DNA of 64,000 nucleotides from Macrostomum hystrix (GCA_950097015.1 CATNEN010000025.1:868001-932000), one strand, 5' to 3'. Positions 22,701 to 34,900 are shown, counted from the first letter of the stretch. Notes: a model not told the origin generated them from the letters alone. Numbers and translations: made by a program.

Positions 22701-25411
22701 GTCATGCTGGTATATAATTAGTTGATTACACCTGCCCGAATCGGGCCAGATGTGCAGCCGTCACCACAGCCGCAGCTATTGCGCGGCGCATCTGAAGGCT
22801 GCGTACGGCTGTTCAGTCCATTGACTGGGGTTCGCCACACCTGCTCTCAATTACCCCCGGCTGATGCTGGTACCAGCTGGGTGAACTGAAGCAATGCAGA
22901 ATTAAGTGTCTTGCTATAGGTCACAAATTGTTCCAGCCGAGTCAGAATCGAACCCCAGACCTTTAAGTCATTAGAAAACAAGACTGGTAAACAAGCAGTG
23001 CAGTTAATCAGAAAAAAAGTAATTTGTATTGATGCTTACATGGCGTGACTTACCGAGGCTTCAAGACCCAATAAATAATTCCGTGTCTGCAGTCTTAAAT
23101 AGCATGCCTACAATGTGCTATTATGTATAGCCCACCTTTGAGCAGGCCTGTCAAAAATGTGCATATTTATGTCTGCATTTGTGCACTGCCTTGGTGGACA
23201 GTTTTATACTGCTAATAACTTTTACAAACTAGTTATATGTAACATTTCAATACGGATTCTGCTGGAGTCAAACAAACAGGTAGACAGGCTAGGACAGAGA
23301 GACAGAGTTTAAATATATGTTAACAGTAGGACTACCAATCCATTTTGCCGTCAGTTTTTATACCAAGGGGGAATTTGACTATTTTTGTGCTGCACCCGAA
23401 CGAAGCAACGCAAGCATGCTTCGTGTGCACACGAAACTCAAGAACACGGGCCAAATTTTTGTTGAATCAAGTCGCCAGACTGTCGAGATATTTAGGCCGA
23501 GGTTCTGATTAGGCCGAAGGTCGAAGAGCAAGTGTATTTCATGCACCCAAATAAACGAATTTGCACTGCGCCTCACTGCGGCCTTGCAGTTGCCAGCCCT
23601 TCAAAATTTATCAGCACGTCACCCGAATGTGCCTGCAACATCTCCGTCTTCGGTGGTCACGCACCTTGATCTAGACGGAGCTGCTGAACCTTCAACAAGT
23701 GGCACCAGTCAAATATGGACACCCTTGATGCAAATTTCTCCCATTTCGCTGATCAAGCCTCAATATGGTATGAAGCTTAACCACAGAACCCTCGCCTAGT
23801 CTGTCAACCAATCAGTCACCACCCAGACGCGGTCAGCACCGTCAGCAGAGTGCCTCCAGCTGGCTATGGAGTCCCTAGAGCGATTTTTCTAGTTTCTCTA
23901 ATAAAGCCTCGATATTGCCTAAACTCAACTATTACTCGTTTAATGTCCAGCAGCTCCGTCTAGATAAAGGTAGGTGACCACCAAAGTTGGAGATGACGCA
24001 GTCACATTCGAGTGACATGCTGAAAAATGTTTGAAGGCCTGGCAAGGTTGCACTGAGGCGCAGTGCAAATTCGTGTAGAGGGGTGTATGGGAAAAATCTG
24101 ACCTTCGGCCAGAACCGTTGAATATGATTCGACTTGATTCTTGTTTCAGAAGATGCGCAAGGGCCCGTGTTCTTGAGTTTCGTGTGCTTGCGTTGCTCCG
24201 TTCGGGTGCTAGTTCTTGGTAGTTCTACTGTTAACAGCTGAGTGAACTGAAGCAATGCAGAGTTCAGTGTCTTGCTAAACGATACATCTTGTTCCAGTGA
24301 TGTCGGACGAACCCCCGACCGATCTTCAAGTTGTGAGTCCGACTCTCAACCCACTAGGCTACAACCTCCTCGCCTAAAAATATAATTTGAATAGATGCTT
24401 ACATGGCGTGACTTACCGAGGCTTCAAGACCCAATAAATAATTCCGTGTCTGCAGTCTTAAATAGCATGCCTACAATGTGCTATTTTGTATAGCCCACCT
24501 TTGAGCAGGCCTGTCAAAAATGTGCATATTTATGTCTGCATTTGTGCACTGCCTTGGTGGACAGTTTTATGCCGGTTGCCTCTCGCACCACATTTATTTG
24601 GGGCGCAGCCGCGGAGAGATGGCTTGAGGGCTTGTCGTGCAATGTACGCCATTGAGGGCCAACCTCCAAGGCACAGTGAGAGTGTACACTGCCTGACGAT
24701 GAGAAAGTCAGGGCAAATGTACACACCTGTGTGAGAGAGTGCCTGCGTACAGTATCTGTGTGCGTGTGTGCTCAGGAGTCAGCGAAATGGGCAGAATTGC
24801 CTCCTCGCTGGCTGTGGGCCTACCGTCACGCCATTGCCGGCAGATTGTTATGCCATTGCCGGCAGCCCTCCTGCAATTATTATTATTGTTATTAATGATA
24901 ATTTAAAACTTAGAAACAATAAAAATCTGAACAGGGCGAAGCCGGAGTAGCCGAGGCGCGGGTTCGAGTCTACAACAATCTAGCCGCAACTCAGGTAAAA
25001 ATCTGCGCCTACGACGCCGCAATCGCCTCCTGCGACAGCGTGCTCAGCCTGCAGCCCGATAATATCAAGGCTCACTTTCGTAAAGGCAAATCTTTGGTTA
25101 GCAAAGGCGATCTACCCAATGGCCTGCGCTCTCTACGGGCCGCTCTGGAACGGGATCCGGATTCGCGTTTAGTCCAGAATGAGGTTGCCAAGGCGACGCT
25201 GGAGCTGAAGCGTCAGCAGGCTGCTAACACGGCTATGTACAGGAAGATGCTGGGATTGCGCGACGGAGCGGACAACGGCGGACGGCCCGGGCAGCAGCAG
25301 CAGCAGCGTCATGCTTCCTGGCTGCGCAGACACGCCTGGCTACTGGGAGCGGCAGCCAGTGTTCTAGTGTCCGTGACTGTGGCCAGTGCCGCTTACCGAT
25401 TCAATAGCTAA
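19727..25411 (+). CDS. FKBP8: FKBP38-like peptidyl-prolyl isomerase (FKBP domain, TPRs, C-terminal TM anchor)
   Basis: Exons 19727-19912, 21482-21898, 24935-25411, all phase 0. DVLGNKRLWKKTL...RPQSGDQ|VT FKBP domain, KRERGNDLF and YNNLAATQ TPRs, hydrophobic C-terminus. Confidence 0.9.
19965..21430. repeat. 21-nt minisatellite filling FKBP8 intron 1 (TTCTTAGGTTTATCTGTCTGA)
   Basis: About 70 tandem copies, with an interspersed variant TCTAGGGGTTACTGGCTGA. Confidence 0.97.
22060..22350. repeat. 37-nt minisatellite in FKBP8 intron 2
   Basis: About 7 copies of TTTGACCTTGAGAATCGCCACCAGTTTGAGGGATAGA. Confidence 0.95.
22725..22975 (-). mobile_element. CORE-type SINE (family B), 5' end partly lost
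   Basis: The reverse complement aligns with 16850-17100, covering the CORE domain and the 3' hairpin GCCCGATTCGGGC. Confidence 0.85.
23392..24209. mobile_element. Foldback/MITE-like element with ~270-300 bp imperfect terminal inverted repeats
   Basis: The left arm 23392-23688 (GCACCCGAAC...CTAGACGGAGCTGCTG) is the reverse complement of the right arm 23946-24209. The spacer is ~260 bp. No clear TSD. Confidence 0.75.
24232..24372 (-). mobile_element. CORE-type SINE (family B), tRNA head plus CORE, tail truncated
   Basis: The reverse complement GAGGTTGTAGCCTAGTGGGTTGAGAGTCGGACTCAC...TTAGCAAGACACTGAACTCTGCATTGCTTCAGTTCAC matches the 16804 element. Confidence 0.85.
24585..24895 (+). mobile_element. 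SINE family A, 5'-truncated
   Basis: Body and (ATT)n tail are homologous to 26740-27108. Confidence 0.85.
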
Positions 25412-25899
25412 ATGCTGGACTTACTCGTGTGTTTATCGTTTAATATCTTCTTATTATTGAACTATGTTTTTGAGCCTAGTTAGAAAAATCTTGAAACAAT
25501 GGATGCTTATTTTCCGAATTCCAGGTCTAAGTTGGTAACTTTGCTTTGAATATTACTACTTCATTTTGAATTATACATTATAATCTTATTGCTTTTGTGT
25601 CAATCTATTCTAACTTTATCTTTAACAAGCTAACATATTTGTTCACTGAAGAATGGAGACTAAAGATCGGGATTAAGACGACTATTGGGAGAGGAGATAC
25701 TGAAAGTTTAAGATTACTCGTTGCCCAGTGAAAATTTGTCATTTGCCATGCGCTAAAAACGATCTCACACGTTTAACTCTCGGAAAAGCTTCTGTCCAAT
25801 TAAATTTATTCAGCTATATATTCACTTAAAATGCCTAGCTGCGTTATAAATAAGCATGGTGTCGCCTGCCTGTGTTGCTGACCAATAGACAAGTACAAG

Positions 25900-25936
<37 letters not shown>

Positions 25937-26739
25937 AAGCTTGAGCCAAGTCGTTAATGTGATGATTTTTTTACTCGTCTGCTTCTAAATTCGTTCGATT
26001 TGCAATTGATGGTCTAATAATTTCTTGCTTTGAATTCATGAGTTATTTCTATAGTCCTAATACTGTGACACATGATTTTCTTCAATTCAGAATGAAACAC
26101 TCAAATTTGGTTGATCCAATATCAATAGCCATTCTCAGCTAACACTGACGAGACTGGTCCCTAATCAGTTTTTTTAATTACTTTAGCAGTTATAGTTGTG
26201 TTTTGCATTGATGCGATTACATATAGTAGTATATGTAGTTTGCCTTTGTTTCGCATTTTGTTTATTAATTAATTAATATTTTCTGCAATTTGCACGCGCC
26301 TAAGAACTGCATCACCCTTATATACTACTGTTGTGTCTTTTTCCATTGAAAATCAGATTTCTTCATTTAATAACATTCAATAAACACGCATGCTAATAAC
26401 GAGTAAAGTAAACTTTTAGGCCCACCATTTGTGAAATTCATTACTGGATTAACAGATTTCTTTTACTAATAATAACTACTAAATATATATCCTAGAAGTG
26501 AGTGAAGATCTTTTTGGAATATTCGGCCAATAGCATTGGTGTTTTCTGCGTTTTTATTAAAACATATTTATTGGCCTATACGAAAATATATAGGGTATAT
26601 TTTAGTATAGACAGTCAGTTTTAACTCTCGTAATTAAGTTTGTGATTTTTTAGTTGTGACAAATAAAATCCGTGGCAAGTCAAGAAACTGGCGAAACTAT
26701 CGATAGAAAAGATTCAGAATCATCCTAGTTGCTTCCGCA

Positions 26740-27108
26740 TGGGGATTTGTGGCAGAGCGGTTAGCTCGTTTGCCTCCCACTCCAAGGTGCCTAAGTTCGA
26801 TTCCGCGGCAAGGCCACATTCATTTGTGGTGCAGCCGCGGAGAGAAGGCTTGGTGGCTTGTCTTGCAATTTACGCCGTTTCAGGGCCAACCTCCAGGGCA
26901 CAGCTAGTGTGCACTGTCTGACGATAAGAAAGTCAGGGCAGATGTACACACCTGTGTGAGTGTGTGCCTGTGTACAGTATCTGTGTGCGTGTGTGCTCAG
27001 GAGTCAGCGAAATGGGCAGAGTTGCCTCGCTGGCTGCGGGTCTAGTGTCACCAAATGATGTGCCATTAATGCCCGCAACCCTCCTGCAATTATTATTATT
27101 ATTATTAT
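26740..27108 (+). mobile_element. tRNA-derived SINE family A, full length with 14-bp TSD
   Basis: A box GTGGCAGAGCGG, B box GTTCGATTCC and an (ATT)n tail. Flanked by the direct repeat TAGTTGCTTCCGCA (26726-26739 and 27109-27122). Confidence 0.92.
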
Positions 27109-27220
27109 TAGTTGCTTCCGCAATTTAAAGTCAGTTTATTTATTTCAGATTCCAAGCGAAGCAAAGATTGCACAAAATTGTAACGAAATCCTATTTAAAA
27201 GAACGCGCCACTGAATTACC

Positions 27221-30200
27221 ATGGCCGCGGATTCCGCAGTTATGATACTGGATGCCGATTCCAATGATGACGAATTCTTTGACGCTCCGCCTGCTCCCGA
27301 CTCCGCTGCGAAGGCACTGCCAGCCAGGATTGGCGATCTAACAGAATCTGAGACTCGAGATTGTCGCGAAATGCTCAGCCTTCTGGAGAGTCGGCGAACC
27401 GGTCGACAGCAGCAGCAGCTGTACGAACCGCCGAAGGCTAGACAACGCCAGCAGCAGTCGGATGACACCGTCGGTGGCAGTGGCGATGGCGAGGGTAGAT
27501 CCTCGCCCCGACCGCCGCCGCCACCGCGTCGCCCACCGCCTCCACGTCGCCCGTTGCCACCGCGGCCAACAGAGTCAGTCATGACCCGCCTGACTAAATG
27601 CGAAAATCCCGACGAATTAAAACAGGCCGCTTACGCCGCTCTGGCCATCTCGCCGGGTGATTTGGCCGACCCAGACGAGCGTCGGCTGCGCCTCAACGCT
27701 GTCCATCTGCGCGGTGTGAATCGTATGACCACAGAAGAGATCTTTCGCTATTTTGGCGATATAGCGCCAGAATCAATGGAATGGATCGATGATTATTCTT
27801 GTAATGTGGCGTTTGTTGATCATGAGACTGCTCTGCGCGCTGTTCTGTCCGTTGCCGCCGACATTGAAACCGATACTAATGAAAAAGGGGAAGAAGATAA
27901 TGCCGTTGGTGACAAAGAGGCGACTGGAGACGAGGCTAAGCCTCCGAATGAACGTCGCCGGCGTCGCCGACGAGGCTCTTCATCGTCGTCTGCGTTGTCG
28001 CAGGCGGAGAAGCCGCCGGCTGACGATGCGGCATCCGATCAGCTCACAGACTCGGACGAGGACAACCAGATGAAGCGCCTGCCACCCGGACACTGGCTGG
28101 AGGCCAAGCCGCACCGGCGCTGTCGCTGTTTGCGAATCAGATTCGCTTTTAAATCCGATCGCAAAGTGAAGGGAGCCAATAAGAATTCGAAATACTATAA
28201 AAAGTACGGCAATCCGAACTACGACAATCTGCCTGGCCGCATATCCAAGTCTTATAGGAAGCGGGTGAACGCTGAGAGGCGCTTGCGCGAGACTGAGGCC
28301 AATGTCGACACGCGAGACGCCGTTCGGTCTAAGCGACGCCGACTGGCTAACGGCGGCGACGCCTCCGATGGCGCTGGCGAAGACTCTGACATTGACGATG
28401 CACGCGCCGAAGAGCCGGCCAGGCGTCGGCCGCTGACGTCGCTAAAGATGGTGTCGGACCAGCTAGCCGAGGGCGAACCCATCGATCACACTGGCGGAGC
28501 CGCAATCAGCAGCGAAGACGCTAGAAATCGCCTCCAGGAGCGTCGGAAGGCTCGACGAGGCGCTAAATGGAGCAAATCGGCTGCTTCGGCAGCCGCAGCC
28601 GCCGCCATCGCCGCTGTCACAGCTGGTCTGGATGTTGACGTTATTAGCGACGATGATGCGGACGACGGAGGCAATAATGACGACCTGCACGCCGACATTT
28701 CAAGACGCGGACGTCGGGGTGAGCGTCAGCATGTTTCTGACGCCGTTGATATATTGGCCGATATGGAGGAAGATGACGAACTCCTTGGTTGCCAATCAAA
28801 GTCACCAACGCCACAGAGAAATTCAGAAACAGCGGTGGCAGCTGTAAATGACAATGACGCCGACGGTGGTCCAGACGGCCGGTGGCAGTGCGACAAGTTC
28901 ATGGAGTTGGAGCACGACTTTATGCACGACCGACGCCGGGGTCGACGCGAAGCTGGCAGAGGCGACGTTGGCGGTGACGGTGACTTGCGTCGTCAGTTGC
29001 GTGGCCGGCAGCTTCAACAGCGCCGTCGGTCTGGCGATGCTGGCAGAGCGAGTCCCAAAGATTCGATGTCACCTAGGCGCAGATCAGCCGCTGGCGAAGA
29101 ACTCAGCTCGGCTGTTGTCGTGCCGTCCAAGGTCACCGCCGTTACCAAAGTGAAGATCGAAGACGACGGTCAGAACACACGTGCCGACGCTGAGCGTCGA
29201 GAAGAAGGAGGCCGCCGAGCTAGTCGTAGTCCGGAGGGCGCCGACAGGAGGAAACGACGCGATCTTGCGGAAACGGATCGGGATCGAAATCGGAACAGAG
29301 ATTGGGATCGTCGTCGAGATCGTGAGCAGAATCGCGACAACTCGGATGATCGGAACCGATACCGCGATAGAGTTCAAGATCGTGAGGCTGCTCGGGATCG
29401 CGACCGGTTCCAGGATCGGGATCGTGACCGGTTCCAGGATCGGGATCGTGACCGGATCCAGGATCGGGATCGTGACCGGTTCCAGGATCGGGATCGTGAC
29501 CGGATCCAGGATCGGGATCGTGACCGGTTCCAGGATCGGGATCGTGACCGGATCCAGGATCGGGATCGTGACCGGTTCCAGGATCGGGATCGTGACCGGA
29601 TCCAGGATCGGGATCGTGACCGATTCCAGGATCGGGATCGTGACGGGGATCAGGATCGGGATCGCAACTACAACAGACGCCGAAGCGGCAACCAAGACCT
29701 GGCCCAGCTGGCAGCCGCCAACTCGGACAGTCGCTACCGGGTCAAGCGCAACTACATTGAACGACAGCAACGGCGAGAGCAGCGCAGACAGCGATCTCTC
29801 ACTAGAGCCACAACGGCTACCCCGCCTAGGGAATTATCAGCTAGGGATAAATTCGTGCCTAGATTAGACGGTGGCAGCAGCAGCTCTTCTGACACATCAT
29901 CGTCTTCCTCCTCCTCTTCGTCGTCGTCTTCTTCATCTTCATCTTCATCATCGTCATCGGAGGCTGAAGACAATGACGCTCAGGATGAAGTCAAGAATAA
30001 ATTCAGCAATGCCGCCGCCATCGACGACGACCAGGCCATGCCGCCGCTGCCAACTGTGGGCGTCAGCAGCGTCGGCGTCAGCTCATCCGGTCAGCAGTAC
30101 GATCCTCTTATGGCTGGCCGGCGTAGATCATTGTCGATGTCATCCAATAGCTCGGCTTCATCGTCTTCTTCGTCGTCATCGTCATCGTCGGGCTCATCGT

Positions 30201-30283
30201 CCGGATCGTCCAGGTCTGGTTCGGCGTCGCCGCGTAAAAAAATGGCCGACGCCAGCGTTGGCGGCGAGCCGACTCGAGTTTAG
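27221..30283 (+). CDS. NCBP3: Nuclear cap-binding protein subunit 3 with long RD/RS-rich tail
   Basis: RLNAVHLRGVNRMTTEEIFRYF...PESMEWIDDYSCNVAF and KYYKKYGNPNY match the NCBP3 RRM region. Single 1020-aa ORF. Confidence 0.88.
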   Translation: MAADSAVMILDADSNDDEFFDAPPAPDSAAKALPARIGDLTESETRDCREMLSLLESRRTGRQQQQLYEPPKARQRQQQSDDTVGGSGDGEGRSSPRPPPPPRRPPPPRRPLPPRPTESVMTRLTKCENPDELKQAAYAALAISPGDLADPDERRLRLNAVHLRGVNRMTTEEIFRYFGDIAPESMEWIDDYSCNVAFVDHETALRAVLSVAADIETDTNEKGEEDNAVGDKEATGDEAKPPNERRRRRRRGSSSSSALSQAEKPPADDAASDQLTDSDEDNQMKRLPPGHWLEAKPHRRCRCLRIRFAFKSDRKVKGANKNSKYYKKYGNPNYDNLPGRISKSYRKRVNAERRLRETEANVDTRDAVRSKRRRLANGGDASDGAGEDSDIDDARAEEPARRRPLTSLKMVSDQLAEGEPIDHTGGAAISSEDARNRLQERRKARRGAKWSKSAASAAAAAAIAAVTAGLDVDVISDDDADDGGNNDDLHADISRRGRRGERQHVSDAVDILADMEEDDELLGCQSKSPTPQRNSETAVAAVNDNDADGGPDGRWQCDKFMELEHDFMHDRRRGRREAGRGDVGGDGDLRRQLRGRQLQQRRRSGDAGRASPKDSMSPRRRSAAGEELSSAVVVPSKVTAVTKVKIEDDGQNTRADAERREEGGRRASRSPEGADRRKRRDLAETDRDRNRNRDWDRRRDREQNRDNSDDRNRYRDRVQDREAARDRDRFQDRDRDRFQDRDRDRIQDRDRDRFQDRDRDRIQDRDRDRFQDRDRDRIQDRDRDRFQDRDRDRIQDRDRDRFQDRDRDGDQDRDRNYNRRRSGNQDLAQLAAANSDSRYRVKRNYIERQQRREQRRQRSLTRATTATPPRELSARDKFVPRLDGGSSSSSDTSSSSSSSSSSSSSSSSSSSSSEAEDNDAQDEVKNKFSNAAAIDDDQAMPPLPTVGVSSVGVSSSGQQYDPLMAGRRRSLSMSSNSSASSSSSSSSSSSGSSSGSSRSGSASPRKKMADASVGGEPTRV

Positions 30284-30719
30284 CCAGATTATTGTCAATG
30301 CAGCTTAGTGTTCTCCATGTGAGACTAAGTTAACCCAACCCACCCTAACTTTAACCTTTAGTCATCAGCTGCTCTTTTAACCACTAGAAATAGGTTGGTA
30401 TATATAAGAACAGCAAGTCTAGTGCAGTAGTTCACTGTAAATTTATACATAAATATATTTTTCATCTCATTTCAAATAAAAAACCAACTGTAAGCTAAAT
30501 GACACTTCCGGTCAGTGTAATGTCTTCTGACTCACTATTTTGTCGTATGTTTTTGTTTGTTTTCTTGTTTTCATTGGTTCGTTGTTAATCGTTTACAGTA
30601 CAATGCGGTTTGCGTTTGGTGTGTTTGGAATATGTATGATAATATGTAAGTAAAAACGGGTTAGTAAATTATTCTTACGTAAACTTAGATTTTAGTCCGA
30701 TAGGTTGCTTAGTATCTCT

Positions 30720-31230
30720 ATATCTACACACACAACTGCCCCACGAAGCTCTCGACTGTCCCACTGAAACACCCACACTGCCCCTTGAGGCTCTCGACTG
30801 TTCACTGCAACACCCACACTGCACTTTGAGGCTCTCGACTGTTCACTGCAACACCTACACTGCCCCTTGAGGCTCTTAACTATCCCTGCCCGTGAGGCTC
30901 TCGACTGTCCCACTGCTTCACCCACACTGCCCCTGAGGCTCTCGACTGTCCCACTCCCACTGCTTCACCCACACTGCCCCTTGAGGCTCTCGACTGTCCC
31001 ACTGCTTCTCCCACACTACCCCTGAGGCTCTCGACTGTCCCACTGCTTCACCCACACTGCCCCTGAGGCTCTCGACAGTCTCACTACCTCACACACACAC
31101 TGCCCCTGAGGCTCTCGACAGTCTCACTACTTCACCCACACTGCCCCCGAGGCTCTCGACTTCCCCAGTCGATGAGGCTTTGACCTGTCCCACTGCAACA
31201 CCCACACTACCCCTGAGGCTCTCTACTGCA
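30720..31230. repeat. ~41-nt minisatellite (CCACACTGCCCCTGAGGCTCTCGACTGTCCCACTGCTTCAC)
   Basis: About 12 degenerate copies downstream of NCBP3. Confidence 0.92.
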
Positions 31231-31972
31231 ATACCATTTCTGCTCCGTGAGGCTTTTCTTGCATTTTTAGTTCAATAAATAAGCTACTTATTTATTTCCT
31301 TTGCAGGTTGCCTAGAAATAAAAAACACGTTTAAAATAGTAAAAAAAAGTTTTGTCGCTTGTAAGTTACTTTAGCAAGCAACGATTGTGCGTACCTGTAT
31401 TCATTTGCTGTCATTGCATTCATCGTGCTCTATTATCAATCCCGTCGATTGCTCTTCGTCTTCATCAATCAGGATTATATCGCCCATGGTTACTAAAAGA
31501 AGCACAATATTTCATGAATTTGTCATGTGCTGTTCCGCTTGAATCAATATGCCACTTAGCAAATCAACCGCTTCTGTGACAGCCATGCCAATAAATTAGT
31601 GAGCGTGTCTGGTCTATTCAACTCTAACTTGTGCACTAATACTTTGTTCTGAAACAAAACTTTTTTCTTTGCTAAGTAAATTTAACCTTCTGATGTGTTT
31701 GCGTGTGTCATCTTTCTTTTGTTACGAAATAAACATTTGCAAGGCAATTAAACTATATTTTTCAGCAAAAATATTTGGCTTTAGGATTTTGATAAAGCTT
31801 CTTTTTTGTTATTGGTTTTGTGCTTGTTTTTGCTCCGTTTCATCTTGCAATGCAAAGTTTGTGTCTCAATGGTCACATTGTTAGCGTTGTTGTAGGATTA
31901 AACAGTTCTATTGACTATATTCTTTTTTTATTAATTTCAGCTTTCAGCTACGGATTAATAAGTGCAGTAATT

Positions 31973-34900
31973 ATGAGTACAGTTGCCGCTAACTGGAATC
32001 AGCAGCTGCGACAGCAGCAGCAGCAGCAGCATCCGGCAATGCAGAACTACTGCTACCCCCCTCAGCAACAGCAGGGCGGCTTCTATTTTGGACCGCCGCC
32101 ACAAATGCCGCCACCGCGACCGCAGCTGCCTCCGCCTCATTTGCCTCCGCCGCCGCTGCCACAGCAGCAGCAGCAGGCACTAACAGTTGGTGACATATTC
32201 ATTGGCAACCTACCGGCGTCGGTTACTAAATCGGATTTGAGTCGCGAACTTGGCCGATTTGGCCCTATCGATCACATCAGCCTGGCCTACGGTCCAGGCG
32301 GCAGCTTTAGGGGCTTCGCTTTTATTAGATTCTCTAGGCCTGAATCGGCCATTGGCTTGGTTGAAGGACGCGGTCTGGGCGTATCGCTTGAAGGTCGCCT
32401 GTTGCGTATTGAATGGCGTCGGAAATGTGGCGGCCTCGGTTGCGGCACCTCCAGCGGAACCAGCTGCGATGTTGGTGTGAATGCCGCTGCTGTTGCTGCT
32501 CCTGCGGCAGCGCATAATTCTGCCGGTGGAAATGTCCTAGGAAAGTCTGTTATTATGGTAGGCCTAACTTTTCGCTTGTATCCTTGATATTTTAGGCCTC
32601 TCTTATAGTGCAACCCCATTCTCTCAACTTACTTGAATAGACTAATATCATTATTCACATTACTTATACTTGAGTAGGCTGATATCCCTCTTCTCCCCAA
32701 TCTACTTGAATAGACCGATATCCCCATTCTCCCAATCTACATGAGTAGGCTGATATCCCCCTTCTCCCCAATCTACTTGAATAGACCGATATCCCCATTC
32801 TTCCCAATCTACTTGAGTAGGCTGATATCCCCATTCTTCCCAATCTACATGAGTAGGCTGATATCCCCTTCTCCCCAATCTACTTGAATAGACCGATATC
32901 CCCATTCTTCCCAATCTACTTGAGTAGGCTGATATCCCCCTTCTCCCCAATCTACATGAGTAGGCTGATATCCCCATTCTTCCCAATCTACTTGAGTAGG
33001 CTGATATCCCCATTCTTCCCAATCTACTTGAGTAGGCTGATATCCCCATTCTTCCCAATCTACATGAGTAGGCTGATATCCCCATTCTTCCCAATCTACA
33101 TGAGTAGGCGGATATCCCCATTCTCCTCAATCTGCGTGAGTAGGCTGATATCCCCATTCTCCCAATCTACATGAGTAGGCTGATATCCCCATTCTCTCAA
33201 TCTACATGAGTAGGCTGATATCCCCATTCTCTCAATCTACATGAGTAGGCTGATATCCCCATTCTCTCAATCTACATGAGTAGGCTGATATCCCCATTCT
33301 CTCAATCTACATGAGTAGGCTGATATCCCCATTCTCCCCAATCTACATGAGTAGGCTGATATCCCCATTCTCCCCAATCTACTTGAATAGACCGATATCC
33401 CCATTCTTCCCAATCTACTTGAGTAGGCTGATATCCCCCTTCTCCCCAATCTACATGAGTAGGCTGATATCCCCATTCTTCCCAATCTACTTGAGTAGGC
33501 TGATATCCCCATTCTTCCCAATCTACTTGAGTAGGCTGATATCCCCATTCTTCCCAATCTACATGAGTAGGCTGATATCCCCATTCTTCCCAATCTACAT
33601 GAGTAGGCGGATATCCCCATTCTCCTCAATCTACATGAGTAGGCTGATATCCCCTTCTCCCCAATCTACTTGAATAGACCGATATCCCCATTCTTCCCAA
33701 TCTACTTGAGTAGGCTGATATCCCCCTTCTCCCCAATCTACATGAGTAGGCTGATATCCCCATTCTTCCCAATCTACTTGAGTAGGCTGATATCCCCATT
33801 CTTCCCAATCTACTTGAGTAGGCTGATATCCCCATTCTTCCCAATCTACATGAGTAGGCTGATATCCCCATTCTTCCCAATCTACATGAGTAGGCGGATA
33901 TCCCCATTCTCCTCAATCTACATGAGTAGGCTGATATCCCCATTCTCTCAATCTACATGAGTAGGCTGATATCCCCATTCTCTCAATCTACATGAGTAGG
34001 CTGATATCCCCATTCTCTCAATCTACATGAGTAGGCTGATATCCCCATTCTCCCCAATCTACATGAGTAGGCTGATATCCCCATTCTCCCCAATCTACTT
34101 GAATAGACCGATATCCCCATTCTTCCCAATCTACTTGAGTAGGCTGATATCCCCCTTCTCCCCAATCTACATGAGTAGGCTGATATCCCCATTCTTCCCA
34201 ATCTACTTGAGTAGGCTGATATCCCCATTCTTCCCAATCTACTTGAGTAGGCTGATATCCCCATTCTTCCCAATCTACATGAGTAGGCTGATATCCCCAT
34301 TCTTCCCAATCTACATGAGTAGGCGGATATCCCCATTCTCCTCAATCTGCGTGAGTAGGCTGATATCCCCATTCTCCCAATCTACATGAGTAGGCTGATA
34401 TCCCCATTCTCTCAATCTACATGAGTAGGCTGATATCCCCATTCTCTCAATCTACATGAGTAGGCTGATATCCCCATTCTCTCAATCTACATGAGTAGGC
34501 TGATATCCCCATTCTCTCAATCTACATGAGTAGGCTGATATCCCCATTCTCTCAATCTACATGAGTAGGCTGATATCCCCATTCTCTCAATCTACATGAG
34601 TAGGCTGATATCCCCATTCTCCCCAATCTACATGAGTAGGCTGATATCCCCATTCTCCCCAATCTACATGAGTAGGCTGATATCCCCATTCTCCCAATCT
34701 ACTTGAGTAGGCTGATATCCCCATTCTTCCCAATCTACATGAGTAGGCTGATATCCCCATTCTCCCAATCTACTTGAGTAGGCTGATATCCCCATTCTCT
34801 CAATCTACATGAGTAGGCTGATATCCCCATTCTTCCCAATCTACATGAGTAGGCTGATATCCCCATTCTCTCAATCTACATGAGTAGGCTGATATCCCAT

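Larger units (their letters stand above)
22424..24570. repeat. Three dispersed copies of a ~180-nt unit in FKBP8 intron 2 (22424-22527 partial, 23031-23207, 24394-24570)
   Basis: ATGGCGTGACTTACCGAGGCTTCAAGACCC...GGTGGACAGTTTTAT. Copies 2 and 3 are nearly identical. Confidence 0.9.
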
